Below are positions 55,852-64,000 of a stretch of DNA of 64,000 nucleotides, piece after piece. The DNA lies in the IMG/VR virus record IMGVR_UViG_3300029951_000013, positions 24,896-88,895 of that record; one strand, 5' to 3'. This DNA is from a virus. The stretch's first letter is position 1. Each line of letters opens with the position of its first letter. Both the position numbers and the translations under genes were made by a program. A model generated the notes under the pieces. The model ran no database searches, was not told the DNA's origin, and saw only the letters and a program-made list of their open reading frames with translations.

Positions 55852-56066
55852 ACGGCCCGGTGGAGGTCAACGCGGTCACGCTGGCGGAGATCGACCTGCG
55901 CCGGGCCCAGCTCACCGAGTGGGCCGAACGGCTGCGCGAGCGGCAGGCGGCCACCACGTCCACATCAGGTGCCGCATGCACCCTGGCCCGCGAGGTGCGG
56001 CGCGTCCAGCGCCGGGCCGACGACTACGCCGCGATACTGCGGCTCCTGAGAGGAAGTGCGGCGTGA
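55848..56066 (+). CDS. Hypothetical coiled-coil protein
   Basis: ATGA overlap; QRRADDY. Confidence 0.6.
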   Translation: MNGPVEVNAVTLAEIDLRRAQLTEWAERLRERQAATTSTSGAACTLAREVRRVQRRADDYAAILRLLRGSAA

Positions 56067-56443
56067 GCGACTACGGAGTGCGTCTCGGTATGTCCCTGGA
56101 AATGCTGGTCGCACGAGGGGTAGCGGCAGATACCGCACGCCATATTCTGAGCCGTTTCGAGGAGGCGGTCCGTGCCGACCAGCGGGAGGAGGACGCCGCG
56201 CTGGCCACGAGGGCCGGATCCTCCCCGCTCGACAGGATGCTCGACTTCCTGGAGGTGAGGGATGGGATCCTGGCGGACCGTCCGCCTGAGTCCGTCGACT
56301 GGGCTGCGCGCGCGACAGATCGCCGATCTCGCACTCCACGAAGAGGCGGTCCGCGCCGACCGCCTGTCCGAAGTGCTACCCCGATGCAGCCCGCAAGAAG
56401 ATCTGACACCCAGCACGACTCGACCACTGACCAAGGAGAATGA
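56063..56443 (+). CDS. Hypothetical protein (RADQRE motif), 3' end possibly frameshifted
   Basis: GTGA overlap; a second EEAVRAD lies in the overlapping frame 56262..56453. Confidence 0.5.
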   Translation: MSDYGVRLGMSLEMLVARGVAADTARHILSRFEEAVRADQREEDAALATRAGSSPLDRMLDFLEVRDGILADRPPESVDWAARATDRRSRTPRRGGPRRPPVRSATPMQPARRSDTQHDSTTDQGE

Positions 56444-56449
56444 TCGATC

Positions 56450-56590
56450 ATGAAGGACATCCAGAAACTGGTCCTCGCGGCAGCCGTGCTCGCCGTGTTC
56501 TGGCTCTGGGGTCAGGGCAGCCAGCAGGCGGCGCACGCCGTCCGCCAGGCCCCGCACTCGACCGCCCCGGCGGTGCAGCACCGTGGCTGA
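56450..56590 (+). CDS. 46-aa membrane/secreted peptide
   Basis: AAGGAG upstream; MKDIQKLVLAAAVLAVFWLWG. Confidence 0.55.
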   Translation: MKDIQKLVLAAAVLAVFWLWGQGSQQAAHAVRQAPHSTAPAVQHRG

Positions 56591-56780
56591 CCGGGAGGAG
56601 TGCGCAGGCTGCGGTACCTGGACGTGCCTCGACTGCGGTTGGAAGCGGACCAGGGCCAATCTTGATCACACGCACGCGTGCGGGTCCTGCGGCAGCAGTC
56701 GTGGCGAGATGCGGCCGACCCGGCACCGGCGGGCCTTCCTCACCCGGGAGCACGGGCCGGAGGCGAACCACCATGCCTGA
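56583..56780 (+). CDS. Small zinc-ribbon protein
   Basis: Three CxxC pairs. Confidence 0.6.
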   Translation: MADREECAGCGTWTCLDCGWKRTRANLDHTHACGSCGSSRGEMRPTRHRRAFLTREHGPEANHHA

Positions 56781-57036
56781 CCGCTGGGAGATCCGCGAGA
56801 AGCCCGAGAATCCGCGCCTGGCCGCCGAGTACGGTTCCTGGGGCCCGGTGTTCCAGGTCTGGGACACGGTCGCCGATCGGCGGGTGGCGTTCGGCAAGTA
56901 CGACAGCCGCGAACACGCGCAGGCCCGGATCGACCGCATGGACTCTGCGGACCACTGCACTGGTTGCGGACTACGCAACGACGTCCTGCCATCGCCCTAT
57001 CGAACTTGCCCAACTCCGGAGGCGCACCATGTCTGA
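56773..57036 (+). CDS. Hypothetical protein (MPDRWEI)
   Basis: GGAGG RBS. Confidence 0.65.
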   Translation: MPDRWEIREKPENPRLAAEYGSWGPVFQVWDTVADRRVAFGKYDSREHAQARIDRMDSADHCTGCGLRNDVLPSPYRTCPTPEAHHV

Positions 57037-57259
57037 CCGCTGGGAGATCCCCTGCGTAGGCGATCGAGTCCGCTTCACTACGTGCGGTGAAACTCTGGAG
57101 GGCGTCGTGATGGATACCGACGGGGACGACCTGGAAACTGGCAAGCCGTACGTCTCGATTCGGGCTGACGATGGCCTGGATTACGGCCCGCTGGTTGAAC
57201 GAGTGACCCGCCTCGATCCCGGCACCGATCTGGGGGGACCCCAATGGATGACGCCCTGA
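57029..57259 (+). CDS. Small SH3/KOW-like protein (MSDRWEI)
   Basis: GGAGG RBS; VGDRVRF..GVV. Confidence 0.6.
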   Translation: MSDRWEIPCVGDRVRFTTCGETLEGVVMDTDGDDLETGKPYVSIRADDGLDYGPLVERVTRLDPGTDLGGPQWMTP

Positions 57260-57750
57260 GCCTGCACCTACCGGAGTCAGGCCATGCGTCGTGGTCGTCC
57301 CTGCACGAGTATGTGAGCACCGTGATCGCACAGAACACGTTGCCGAGCACAGACACCAATGAGTTCCGGTTGGCACGAGCCCTGCTTATGTCGCTGATGA
57401 ACCGGCTGGGGATCGATGCCACTGGGATGAACGACTGCACGTGCGCGGTGCCCAGCGACAGCGGGGACGTAGCGGACCACGAGATCAGGTGCCCCCGGGC
57501 GAACGGAAGGCTTGTCGTGGATGACGCTCTGGACCCGGCGCTGACGGCTCGGCAGAACGCCGAGAAGCGCACCCTCTGGACGCAGCAGCAGGTGCTGGAG
57601 ATGCTGACCCTCCAGCGCCGGGACGATGCGGCGGCCCTCCGGGCATTCATCAGCGGGTACGGAAGCTGGCCCGAGATGCAGCTCGAATGGGATGCCGCTG
57701 CGAGCTACCTGTGGATGCCCGAAGAGAAGAGGACCGATGAAGATCAGTGA
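57244..57750 (+). CDS. Hypothetical protein
   Basis: 168-aa ORF in the gene run. Confidence 0.6.
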   Translation: MDDALSLHLPESGHASWSSLHEYVSTVIAQNTLPSTDTNEFRLARALLMSLMNRLGIDATGMNDCTCAVPSDSGDVADHEIRCPRANGRLVVDDALDPALTARQNAEKRTLWTQQQVLEMLTLQRRDDAAALRAFISGYGSWPEMQLEWDAAASYLWMPEEKRTDEDQ

Positions 57751-58030
57751 ATTGACCCTGGCCGAACTGCGGCACGAGGCCGCCCAGCGGGCGCTGGAGC
57801 TGGCCCGCATCAAGGCGAGCGCCGTGATCGGACTGTCCGACACCGCCGAGGATCGGATGGCGCAGGCGCAGCAGCGCGCCGACGAGTACGCCCTGATCGT
57901 GGCCTGGGCGGAGGCGGAGAACGACGGGGACGTTCCGCCGCCGGTCGCCGACTGCCTGGAACCCTACGTCCACGATCCACACGTCTGGCAGTCCAAGAAC
58001 GGCGCGCGGCGCTGCCTCGGAGAGGGGTAA
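57737..58030 (+). CDS. Hypothetical protein
   Basis: GAGGA RBS; QQRADEY; C..H..H..C tail. Confidence 0.6.
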   Translation: MKISELTLAELRHEAAQRALELARIKASAVIGLSDTAEDRMAQAQQRADEYALIVAWAEAENDGDVPPPVADCLEPYVHDPHVWQSKNGARRCLGEG

Positions 58031-58033
58031 GGA

Positions 58034-58282
58034 GTGTCCGCTGACCCCAGCTACCGGGGCATCCCGGTGCCGACCGCCTACCGTGCCGACCCGCAGGCCC
58101 TGCGCGTCTGGAAGGAGGGCGTGGACGCGGTCAGGGACTGCGTTCAGCCTGATCCGGAGTGTGTCGCGCGGTACGGGCCGATCTCTGGGATTCAGCTCTA
58201 CCACGGTGAGGAGTTCCACTGGCACTCCGATTTCCACGGGCATGCCCGGCCGGAAGACCCGCTGGTCTACCGGCAGCAGTGA
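58034..58282 (+). CDS. Hypothetical protein
   Basis: 82-aa ORF directly after the previous stop. Confidence 0.55.
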   Translation: MSADPSYRGIPVPTAYRADPQALRVWKEGVDAVRDCVQPDPECVARYGPISGIQLYHGEEFHWHSDFHGHARPEDPLVYRQQ

Positions 58283-58329
58283 GAATCCCACGACTACGAA
58301 GACCACCGACAACGAGTAGGACACGACCG

Positions 58330-58704
58330 ATGACCACTGACCTGTACCTGCCCCGTCCGGCGTCCGTGCCGGACCCCGGGTTCCGTGAGACGGTCCAGGG
58401 CGGCCACGCCCTGGTCCTGGAGTACTCCCCCGGCCACGCGCTGGTGGTCGAGTACGGCGACTGCGAGTTCCGGATGGAGTGCCAGTGCGGCACGGTGTTC
58501 GTCCTCGGGCTGACGCCGGACCAGCCGTGGACCGGGCACATCCTGCGCTGGCTGTCCCACCGTTCCGGTCCGCGTGCGGCGGTCAAGCCGCATTGCCAGT
58601 GCCGGGCGGCCCTGCCGCGTCTCCCTCGCGCCTTCGGCGAAGCCGAGCTGAACCGGCTGTGTGACGCCTGGGAGCACCACACCATGACCGGGGTGCCGCG
58701 ATGA
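58330..58704 (+). CDS. Cys/His-rich hypothetical protein
   Basis: MTTDL start; CQCG, HCQC. Confidence 0.6.
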   Translation: MTTDLYLPRPASVPDPGFRETVQGGHALVLEYSPGHALVVEYGDCEFRMECQCGTVFVLGLTPDQPWTGHILRWLSHRSGPRAAVKPHCQCRAALPRLPRAFGEAELNRLCDAWEHHTMTGVPR

Positions 58705-59342
58705 GCGAGCAACTGCTGGGTCAGTGGTCCGTGAAGTCCTTCGAGACGTGGGACCGCAACGAGTGCGTGTTCCTGCGCCCGCCGGGCCTGCGCGGTCTGG
58801 ACGTCGAGGTACTGGCCGCTGACGGCCAGGACGTCTTCTGCGGTTGGACCGCGGTCCCGGCCGCCGACGGCGCGCTGCATGTCGTGTTCGATCCGCCCGA
58901 GGCGGGCTGGGTCTTCCCGATACAGGTCCGGGTCATCGGGATCACCGACGCAGGCGGTCATTTCACCGCTCCGGCGGCCAGCGCGCAGTACCGTGAGCTG
59001 ATCGCCCGGATGGGGCCGCTCGCAGAGGAGCTGGTCCGTAGCCTCCAGCAGGCGCTGGCACAGGCTGGTCTGATCCTGACCCCCCTCACTGAGGCGATGA
59101 ACGCTGCCGCCGCGTTGGGCGGTCAGTCGGTGGCAGACATCGATCGAGCGTTGAGCCAGACAGCAGCGCAGCCGACAGAGAGCTGGACGACCGCGTTCGT
59201 CGGCAGCCGACTGAAGAGCGCGGTAGCGCCGCTCGGACCGGCTTGCCCGGGATGTGCTCAGCCTTACCGGGTGACGCGGATCGGCCGATCGTGCCTGCAC
59301 TCCGAGGGCTGTGAGTACGGGAAGGCGGCCGACCATGGCTGA
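58701..59342 (+). CDS. Hypothetical protein
   Basis: ATGA overlap; C-terminal CPGC..C.H..C. Confidence 0.65.
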   Translation: MSEQLLGQWSVKSFETWDRNECVFLRPPGLRGLDVEVLAADGQDVFCGWTAVPAADGALHVVFDPPEAGWVFPIQVRVIGITDAGGHFTAPAASAQYRELIARMGPLAEELVRSLQQALAQAGLILTPLTEAMNAAAALGGQSVADIDRALSQTAAQPTESWTTAFVGSRLKSAVAPLGPACPGCAQPYRVTRIGRSCLHSEGCEYGKAADHG

Positions 59343-59532
59343 GGATCCGCGTACTGCCAGCGTGAAGGAGCTGACCCGGGCGATGCGCTGCCGCCGGGAT
59401 CGGCAGGGTGCCTTCGCCGATGCGGTGGCCGAGCTGGAGCGCCTGCGGGCGCACCCGTACTTCGCCGATCAGGCGCAGGGACTGGAGACCGCCATAAGCG
59501 CGGTCCGACGCGTGGAGGAGAACGATGTCTGA
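59335..59532 (+). CDS. Hypothetical protein
   Basis: 8-bp overlap; GGAAGG RBS. Confidence 0.55.
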   Translation: MAEDPRTASVKELTRAMRCRRDRQGAFADAVAELERLRAHPYFADQAQGLETAISAVRRVEENDV

Positions 59533-59680
59533 GGAACTGACCGACCGGCAGAAGGCCGCAGTCCAGCGGCTGGCCGAGCTGACCGGTGTGAGCGATGACG
59601 CGCGACAGAAGATGGAGGAGGCCGTTGCGGAGTTCAACCGAGGCGTGGCTGCCGACCGCAAGGCGCAGAAGGATGTCTGA
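59525..59680 (+). CDS. 51-aa hypothetical protein
   Basis: GGAGGAG RBS; MSEELTDRQKAAVQRL; below track cutoff. Confidence 0.55.
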   Translation: MSEELTDRQKAAVQRLAELTGVSDDARQKMEEAVAEFNRGVAADRKAQKDV

Positions 59681-60026
59681 CCAGAGAATCGCCCGGTCCG
59701 AGCTGGAGGAGTTGAAGACGGCTGTACTGGAGATGGCCGGGCAGACCGACGCTGATCCCGTGGCTGTTGGAATCCGTCGCGACTTGGACGGCCTGCTGCG
59801 GGCGCATCAGGAGCAGCGCGGCTTCATCGAGTACTTCGCTGAGGGCGATACGGTCTGGTTCCCGGGCGGCTGGCCGGACGAGAACAAGCGGGTTCCGTTT
59901 ACTGTAAAGACGATCTACGCCAACGGCGTGGTGGTGGCCAGTCTGGAAGGGTTCGAGCAGCAGCACCTGGACGAGGCCGTGATCCGGCTCGGCATGACGC
60001 ACACGCCGCCGGTCAGCGGCGAGTGA
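59673..60026 (+). CDS. Hypothetical protein
   Basis: 8-bp overlap; MSDQRIAR. Confidence 0.6.
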   Translation: MSDQRIARSELEELKTAVLEMAGQTDADPVAVGIRRDLDGLLRAHQEQRGFIEYFAEGDTVWFPGGWPDENKRVPFTVKTIYANGVVVASLEGFEQQHLDEAVIRLGMTHTPPVSGE

Positions 60027-60036
60027 CTGACCGTCA

Positions 60037-60078
60037 GGAGAAGTCCGACCGGGGAACCTGCCCCAGTCGGACTTCTCC
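60037..60078 (+). terminator. Terminator-like hairpin
   Basis: GGAGAAGTCCGAC / GTCGGACTTCTCC 13-bp stem with GGGG/CCCC extension. Confidence 0.7.
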
Positions 60079-60112
60079 GTCTCCGGGCTGGTGCCCGCGG
60101 GTCCCGAACGGG

Positions 60113-60134
60113 TAGACTTGGATTTAATTAAATC
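60113..60134 (+). promoter_or_regulatory. -10 box followed by a 14-bp AT-rich palindrome
   Basis: TAGACT-tg-GATTTAATTAAATC. Confidence 0.55.
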
Positions 60135-60150
60135 AGAGAAGGACGAATAC

Positions 60151-60369
60151 ATGACCACTGACTACGGACGAGGGATGCGGGAGCGGGCCGCCTCGATGAC
60201 GGAGGCGGAACTGCGCTGTGCGGTGGACCGCCTGCTGGAGCAGGCCGGACGCGAGGAACTGAACTCCAGTGAGTACCGGCGCTACCTGACGGTGTCGGAG
60301 ATCGGCTGGCTCTCGGGCACCGGCTCGGAGCAGGCGCTGGACAACGTGCGCAAGGCGGTCCGCGGATGA
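60151..60369 (+). CDS. Hypothetical protein
   Basis: GAAGGA RBS; MTTDY. Confidence 0.65.
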   Translation: MTTDYGRGMRERAASMTEAELRCAVDRLLEQAGREELNSSEYRRYLTVSEIGWLSGTGSEQALDNVRKAVRG

Positions 60370-60884
60370 GCGTCGGCATCCGCGTTCGGATCACGCCTGA
60401 ATTTCCAATCTTGGTGATTTCAGCAGACGGCACGATACAGGGTCCTGGACACGGAGGTCGGCACGTGTGGCTGCATCAACGCCCAGACCGACAGGGGTAC
60501 CTGTACATCTCGACCCGAGTAGCCGGAAGTCCGCGCAGGCAGGATCGAATTGCTGTTCAGACCGTGGTCTGCACGGCCTTTCACGGACCGCGACCCTCCC
60601 CAGCGCATCAGGTAGCGCATGCGAACGGGATCAACACGGACAACCGGGCTGAGAATCTGCGTTGGGCTACCTCTCTGGAGAACCATGCGGATCGTGTCCG
60701 GCATGGTCGGACGTCCGCAGGTGCAAAGAATCCGAAGGTCAAGCTGACGGAGGAACAGGTACGGCAGATCCGTCGCCTGCGCTCCGAGGGAGTCCCCCGC
60801 GCAGAGGTAGCTCTTCGGTACGGCGTCCACCAAGGGACGGTCAAAAGCATCACTTCGCGGACGACTTGGGGATGGTTGACATGA
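60366..60884 (+). CDS. HNH homing endonuclease with C-terminal HTH
   Basis: AFHGPRP, VAHANGINTDNRAENLRW..EN; KLTEEQVRQIR. Confidence 0.9.
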   Translation: MSVGIRVRITPEFPILVISADGTIQGPGHGGRHVWLHQRPDRQGYLYISTRVAGSPRRQDRIAVQTVVCTAFHGPRPSPAHQVAHANGINTDNRAENLRWATSLENHADRVRHGRTSAGAKNPKVKLTEEQVRQIRRLRSEGVPRAEVALRYGVHQGTVKSITSRTTWGWLT

Positions 60885-62509
60885 CCGCGGACATGATGGC
60901 GCTTCGGGAATACCAGCGCGAGACGATCGACGCTGTTGTGAAGGCGTGGGCGGCCGGGATGCGCCGTCCGGCGGTCGTCCTCCCAACAGGTGCCGGGAAG
61001 TCGGTGATCACAGCCCACCTGGCGAACGAGTACACCGCCCGGGAGGGCAAGCGCGTCCTGGTCCTCGTCCACAGGAACGAGTTGGCGCTCCAGGCGGTTG
61101 CCAAGCTCCATTCCGTGGCGCCGCACCTGTCGATCGGAAAGGTGAAGGCCGAGAGTGACGAGATCCACGCAGACATCGTGGTGGCCAGCGTGCAGACCCT
61201 CAGCAGGCCGAACCGGCTGGCCCGGCTGATCGGATCCCCTGCTAGGCCGATCGGCCTGGTGGTCCATGACGAATGCCACCACAGCGCTTCCCCCAGCTGG
61301 CTGGCCGTCGCGAACGCGTTCTCGGACGCGGTGCACACGGGGTTCACTGCGACACTGGCCCGCGGCGACGGCGTCGGTCTCGGTGACGTCTGGGAGGAAG
61401 TGGTCTATACCCGGTCGGTCCTCTGGATGGTGTCCAAGGGCTTCCTGGTGGATGCCCGCCAGATCGAGGTGACTGCGGACGGGCTGGACTTGGCAGCGGT
61501 GAAGCGCTCCGGCGGCGACTATTCGGACCGGGCGCTGGGGGCTGCGATGGTGGAGTCTGGCGTCGGGGCGGTCATCGCCGCCGCATACCGGGAACACGCC
61601 GCCGACCGGCCCGGGATCGTCTTCACCCCCACGGTGGCCGCCGCCCACGACACGGCGCAGGAGCTGGAGAAGCAGGACATCCGGGCTGCGGTCGTCCAGG
61701 CGAGTACTCCGACCGAGGAGCGGTCCCGGGTGTACGAGGCATCCCGGACCGGAGAGGTCCAGGTGATCGTCAACTGCGGCATCCTCACTGAGGGAGCCGA
61801 CTTCCCCTGGATCTCCTGCGTCGTCCCCCGCATGACGCAGTCCGCCGGACTCTGGATCCAGATGGCCGGGCGCGGACTGCGCCTGTGGCCAGGCAAGCCG
61901 GATGCACTGATCCTCAGCATCGGCGGATCCTCTGGGCGCATCCGGACCCTGATCGACCTGGAACCCGGGGTGGTTGAGTCCATCAGGCCCGGCGAGTCGC
62001 TGGCCGAGGCCGCGGTCCGCACCGAGGAGGAGGGCAACCGCCGGGCCCCGGCCGGGTCGCTGGCGTTCGCGCTCAAGCACCGCGAGCTGGACCTGTTCGC
62101 GGCCACCGGCATGAACTGGCTCCGCACCGACGCCGGGGTGATGTTCATCCCGGTCGAGGGCGGCTACCTGCTGCTCTGGCCCTCCGCCGTGACGCCGGGA
62201 AACTGGGACGTCCGGGTGGCCCCGGCGCAGGGCAGGAAGTTTCCGGTGATCCATGCGGACCTGCCGATGGGCACGGCGATGGCCTGGGCCGAGACCGAAG
62301 CCGACCTCACCCGGGACGCGGGCACCGGCGACCTGTCCGGCAGCAGGGCCCGGTGGCGCAAGGAGCCCGCCGGAACAGCCCAGTTGGCCAAGGCCCGGGG
62401 CCTGGGCCTGACTGTCGCGCCGGGCGCGCGCAAGGGCGACGTGACCGATCTGATCTCGGTCCGCCTCGCCTCCATGAAGTTCGACCGCTACGTAGGAGTG
62501 ATCGCATGA
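60881..62509 (+). CDS. SF2 DExH-box helicase
   Basis: LREYQ, PTGAGKS, DECHH, TAT, TEGAD, QMAGRGLR; ATGA start 60881. Confidence 0.93.
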   Translation: MTADMMALREYQRETIDAVVKAWAAGMRRPAVVLPTGAGKSVITAHLANEYTAREGKRVLVLVHRNELALQAVAKLHSVAPHLSIGKVKAESDEIHADIVVASVQTLSRPNRLARLIGSPARPIGLVVHDECHHSASPSWLAVANAFSDAVHTGFTATLARGDGVGLGDVWEEVVYTRSVLWMVSKGFLVDARQIEVTADGLDLAAVKRSGGDYSDRALGAAMVESGVGAVIAAAYREHAADRPGIVFTPTVAAAHDTAQELEKQDIRAAVVQASTPTEERSRVYEASRTGEVQVIVNCGILTEGADFPWISCVVPRMTQSAGLWIQMAGRGLRLWPGKPDALILSIGGSSGRIRTLIDLEPGVVESIRPGESLAEAAVRTEEEGNRRAPAGSLAFALKHRELDLFAATGMNWLRTDAGVMFIPVEGGYLLLWPSAVTPGNWDVRVAPAQGRKFPVIHADLPMGTAMAWAETEADLTRDAGTGDLSGSRARWRKEPAGTAQLAKARGLGLTVAPGARKGDVTDLISVRLASMKFDRYVGVIA

Positions 62510-62736
62510 CCAAGGACGAGCACGCTGAGACGATCCGCCGGGCTGTTGCCGCGGCCGAGGCCGACGGGATGGCGGTGTGGATCGAGAACGACTGCTGCGG
62601 TTGCGGGTTCGGGGCGCTTGTCGTCACCGATGACCGGCTGCCGGAGACGGAGCAGCGGATCCCGGCGAACCAGGCTCGGGTGATGGGAGCACTGAAGTCC
62701 GACGACCAACTGACTGAGAGGAATCCGTTCGTATGA
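62506..62736 (+). CDS. Hypothetical protein
   Basis: AGGAG RBS; ATGA overlap. Confidence 0.6.
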   Translation: MTKDEHAETIRRAVAAAEADGMAVWIENDCCGCGFGALVVTDDRLPETEQRIPANQARVMGALKSDDQLTERNPFV

Positions 62737-62948
62737 GCGTCGAGAAGGACCAGCTGTACCCGGCCTGCAACCCGCTGGACGAGGGGCGGACGCTCCGGAT
62801 CGTCGGAGTTGTCGGCGGCCATGCCCGGATCTTCACGGTCGGCGGCCCGGCGCGGGAACGCTGGATCGCCGTCAAGCACCTGCACGCCACTGCCACCACC
62901 CGGGACGGCCAGCCGCGCCGGTCCGGATACGCCCTCGTAGAGGAGTAG
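62733..62948 (+). CDS. Hypothetical protein
   Basis: ATGA overlap. Confidence 0.6.
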   Translation: MSVEKDQLYPACNPLDEGRTLRIVGVVGGHARIFTVGGPARERWIAVKHLHATATTRDGQPRRSGYALVEE

Positions 62949-62956
62949 GGAAGACC

Positions 62957-63223
62957 ATGACCACTGACCAGAATCCGACCACTGAGACCGAAGAGAACCG
63001 CATCCGGCGCATCGTTCGGCAGGAGATGCGCAACAACCTGGGTCCGCGCATGCGCCGCATCGCGCGAGAGGAGATCATCGCGACCTTGGCCGACATGTTC
63101 GATCACGCGCCGTCGGGATCTGAGGTCGAAGCCGTCGTCAAGGCAGCGCGAACGCTCGCCGACCAGCGACGCAAGGCGGAGATGACCACGCAGGGATCGA
63201 GGCTGGCCGATGACCAGCGCTGA
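62957..63223 (+). CDS. Hypothetical protein
   Basis: MTTDQ start; RRIVRQE / RRIAREE internal repeat. Confidence 0.6.
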   Translation: MTTDQNPTTETEENRIRRIVRQEMRNNLGPRMRRIAREEIIATLADMFDHAPSGSEVEAVVKAARTLADQRRKAEMTTQGSRLADDQR

Positions 63224-64000
63224 CGACTTCCTGCGCCTGGGTCAGCCCTACGACGCCACCGCGCCCGGCCCGTGGTTCCCTGCTCGCCACTCCGGAGAGT
63301 GCGGCACCTGCTTCATGGAGTTCGAGGAGGGCGACACGATCCGTGCCGATGGCGAGGGCGGATGGGAGGCGCAGGACCACGGGCACGAGGACGAGAGCGG
63401 GCAGGCCGCGCCGCGCGTCCAGGTGTTGGAGCCTGTCCCGACCGCGCCAGGAGAACAGAACGACCGCACACCCGACCACCGGCCAGAGGACGAGAACGTG
63501 AACGATGATGCGCAGAGCGAGTTGGACCAGGCCGAGGAGCGGTCGGCCGTGATGGAGTCGGACGGGAAGGTACGGTGCCCGGCGTGCCTGCGCGACTTCG
63601 CGCCCGTCAAGGGCGGAGGTGTCCGGGGGCACAAGCCCGCGCCCGATGACACGGTGTCACAGGGGAAGTACAGATGCGCGGGCGGCAAGGGCGGCGCTTA
63701 CCTGCCCGGCTGCGGACCGCTGACACCGGCACAGAAGATGGAGGCGCGCATCGCCGCCGGGCCTCAGCCGGGCCCGAACCCGCACCGGGTGCCGCTGCCG
63801 ACCATCGGCCCCTCTAGGGAGCTGACACAGGCCGCAGTTGAGGCGTTGCAGTGCCGGACGCCCGAGCAGAAAGCGGCCACGGCCGCGCGCATGGACGCTG
63901 TCGCCTCGGCGGTGCTGGGCCTGCCACTCGACGCGGGCAACCCGGTAGCGGAGGCCGTTGCCGACCTGCCCGTCGGGGCTCAGGTCGAGGTCGGTGGCCA
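63210..64000 (+). CDS. Large protein with zinc-finger segments, 3'-truncated by the window edge
   Basis: ATG 63210 open to the end; CGTC, CPAC..H..C. Confidence 0.65.
   Translation, partial: MTSADDFLRLGQPYDATAPGPWFPARHSGECGTCFMEFEEGDTIRADGEGGWEAQDHGHEDESGQAAPRVQVLEPVPTAPGEQNDRTPDHRPEDENVNDDAQSELDQAEERSAVMESDGKVRCPACLRDFAPVKGGGVRGHKPAPDDTVSQGKYRCAGGKGGAYLPGCGPLTPAQKMEARIAAGPQPGPNPHRVPLPTIGPSRELTQAAVEALQCRTPEQKAATAARMDAVASAVLGLPLDAGNPVAEAVADLPVGAQVEVGG

Larger units (their letters stand above)
1..64000. mobile_element. Tailed actinobacteriophage or prophage genome segment (siphovirus-like), incomplete at both ends
   Basis: Terminase, portal, protease, capsid, tail, tape measure, endolysin, PolA, primase-helicase and dense small ORFs with ATGA/GTGA/TGATG overlaps; no host housekeeping genes. 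Confidence 0.97.

Noticed and set aside
1-64000. tRNA/rRNA genes, reverse transcriptase (retron/DGR), transposase
   Set aside because: No cloverleaf or T-loop signatures in the intergenic gaps and no RT or DDE transposase motifs seen by eye; tRNAscan/Infernal would be needed to exclude them fully

Overview
The whole window is a high-GC (roughly 70%) actinobacterial tailed-phage genome segment, probably from a Streptomycetaceae-type host. No host genes, tRNAs or CRISPR array were seen, and both ends fall inside phage genes. The minus strand from about 1.9 to 37.7 kb is the virion module, read right to left: terS, terL with an intein, a 6.7-kb accessory insert, portal, a 2H/MuF/protease fusion, two capsid proteins, major tail, fibre-like and SGNH proteins, head-tail genes, chaperones, tape measure, minor tail and a glycosyltransferase. 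The 37.8-47.7 kb stretch holds lysis and accessory genes: GH25 endolysin, papain-like protein, a candidate signal sponge, a PLD-domain protein, a secreted Rpf-NlpC/P60-LysM protein, and a ParB / ABC-GNAT / CoA-transferase operon. The 47.7-54 kb stretch is replication (RuvC, PolA, primase-helicase), and 54-64 kb is a rightward array of small early genes, an HNH and an SF2 helicase. The best leads are: (1) a terL intein whose HNH endonuclease lies in a second reading frame behind its own leaderless-type promoter; (2) the ParB / ABC-ATPase-GNAT / family III CoA-transferase operon, a candidate base-acylation system; (3) a Cre-like recombinase beside a perfect 11-6-11 lox/dif-like site; (4) a 2H phosphoesterase fused to MuF and the prohead protease; (5) a free-standing secreted resuscitation factor. 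All functional calls come from recognising motifs by eye; no database searches were run.
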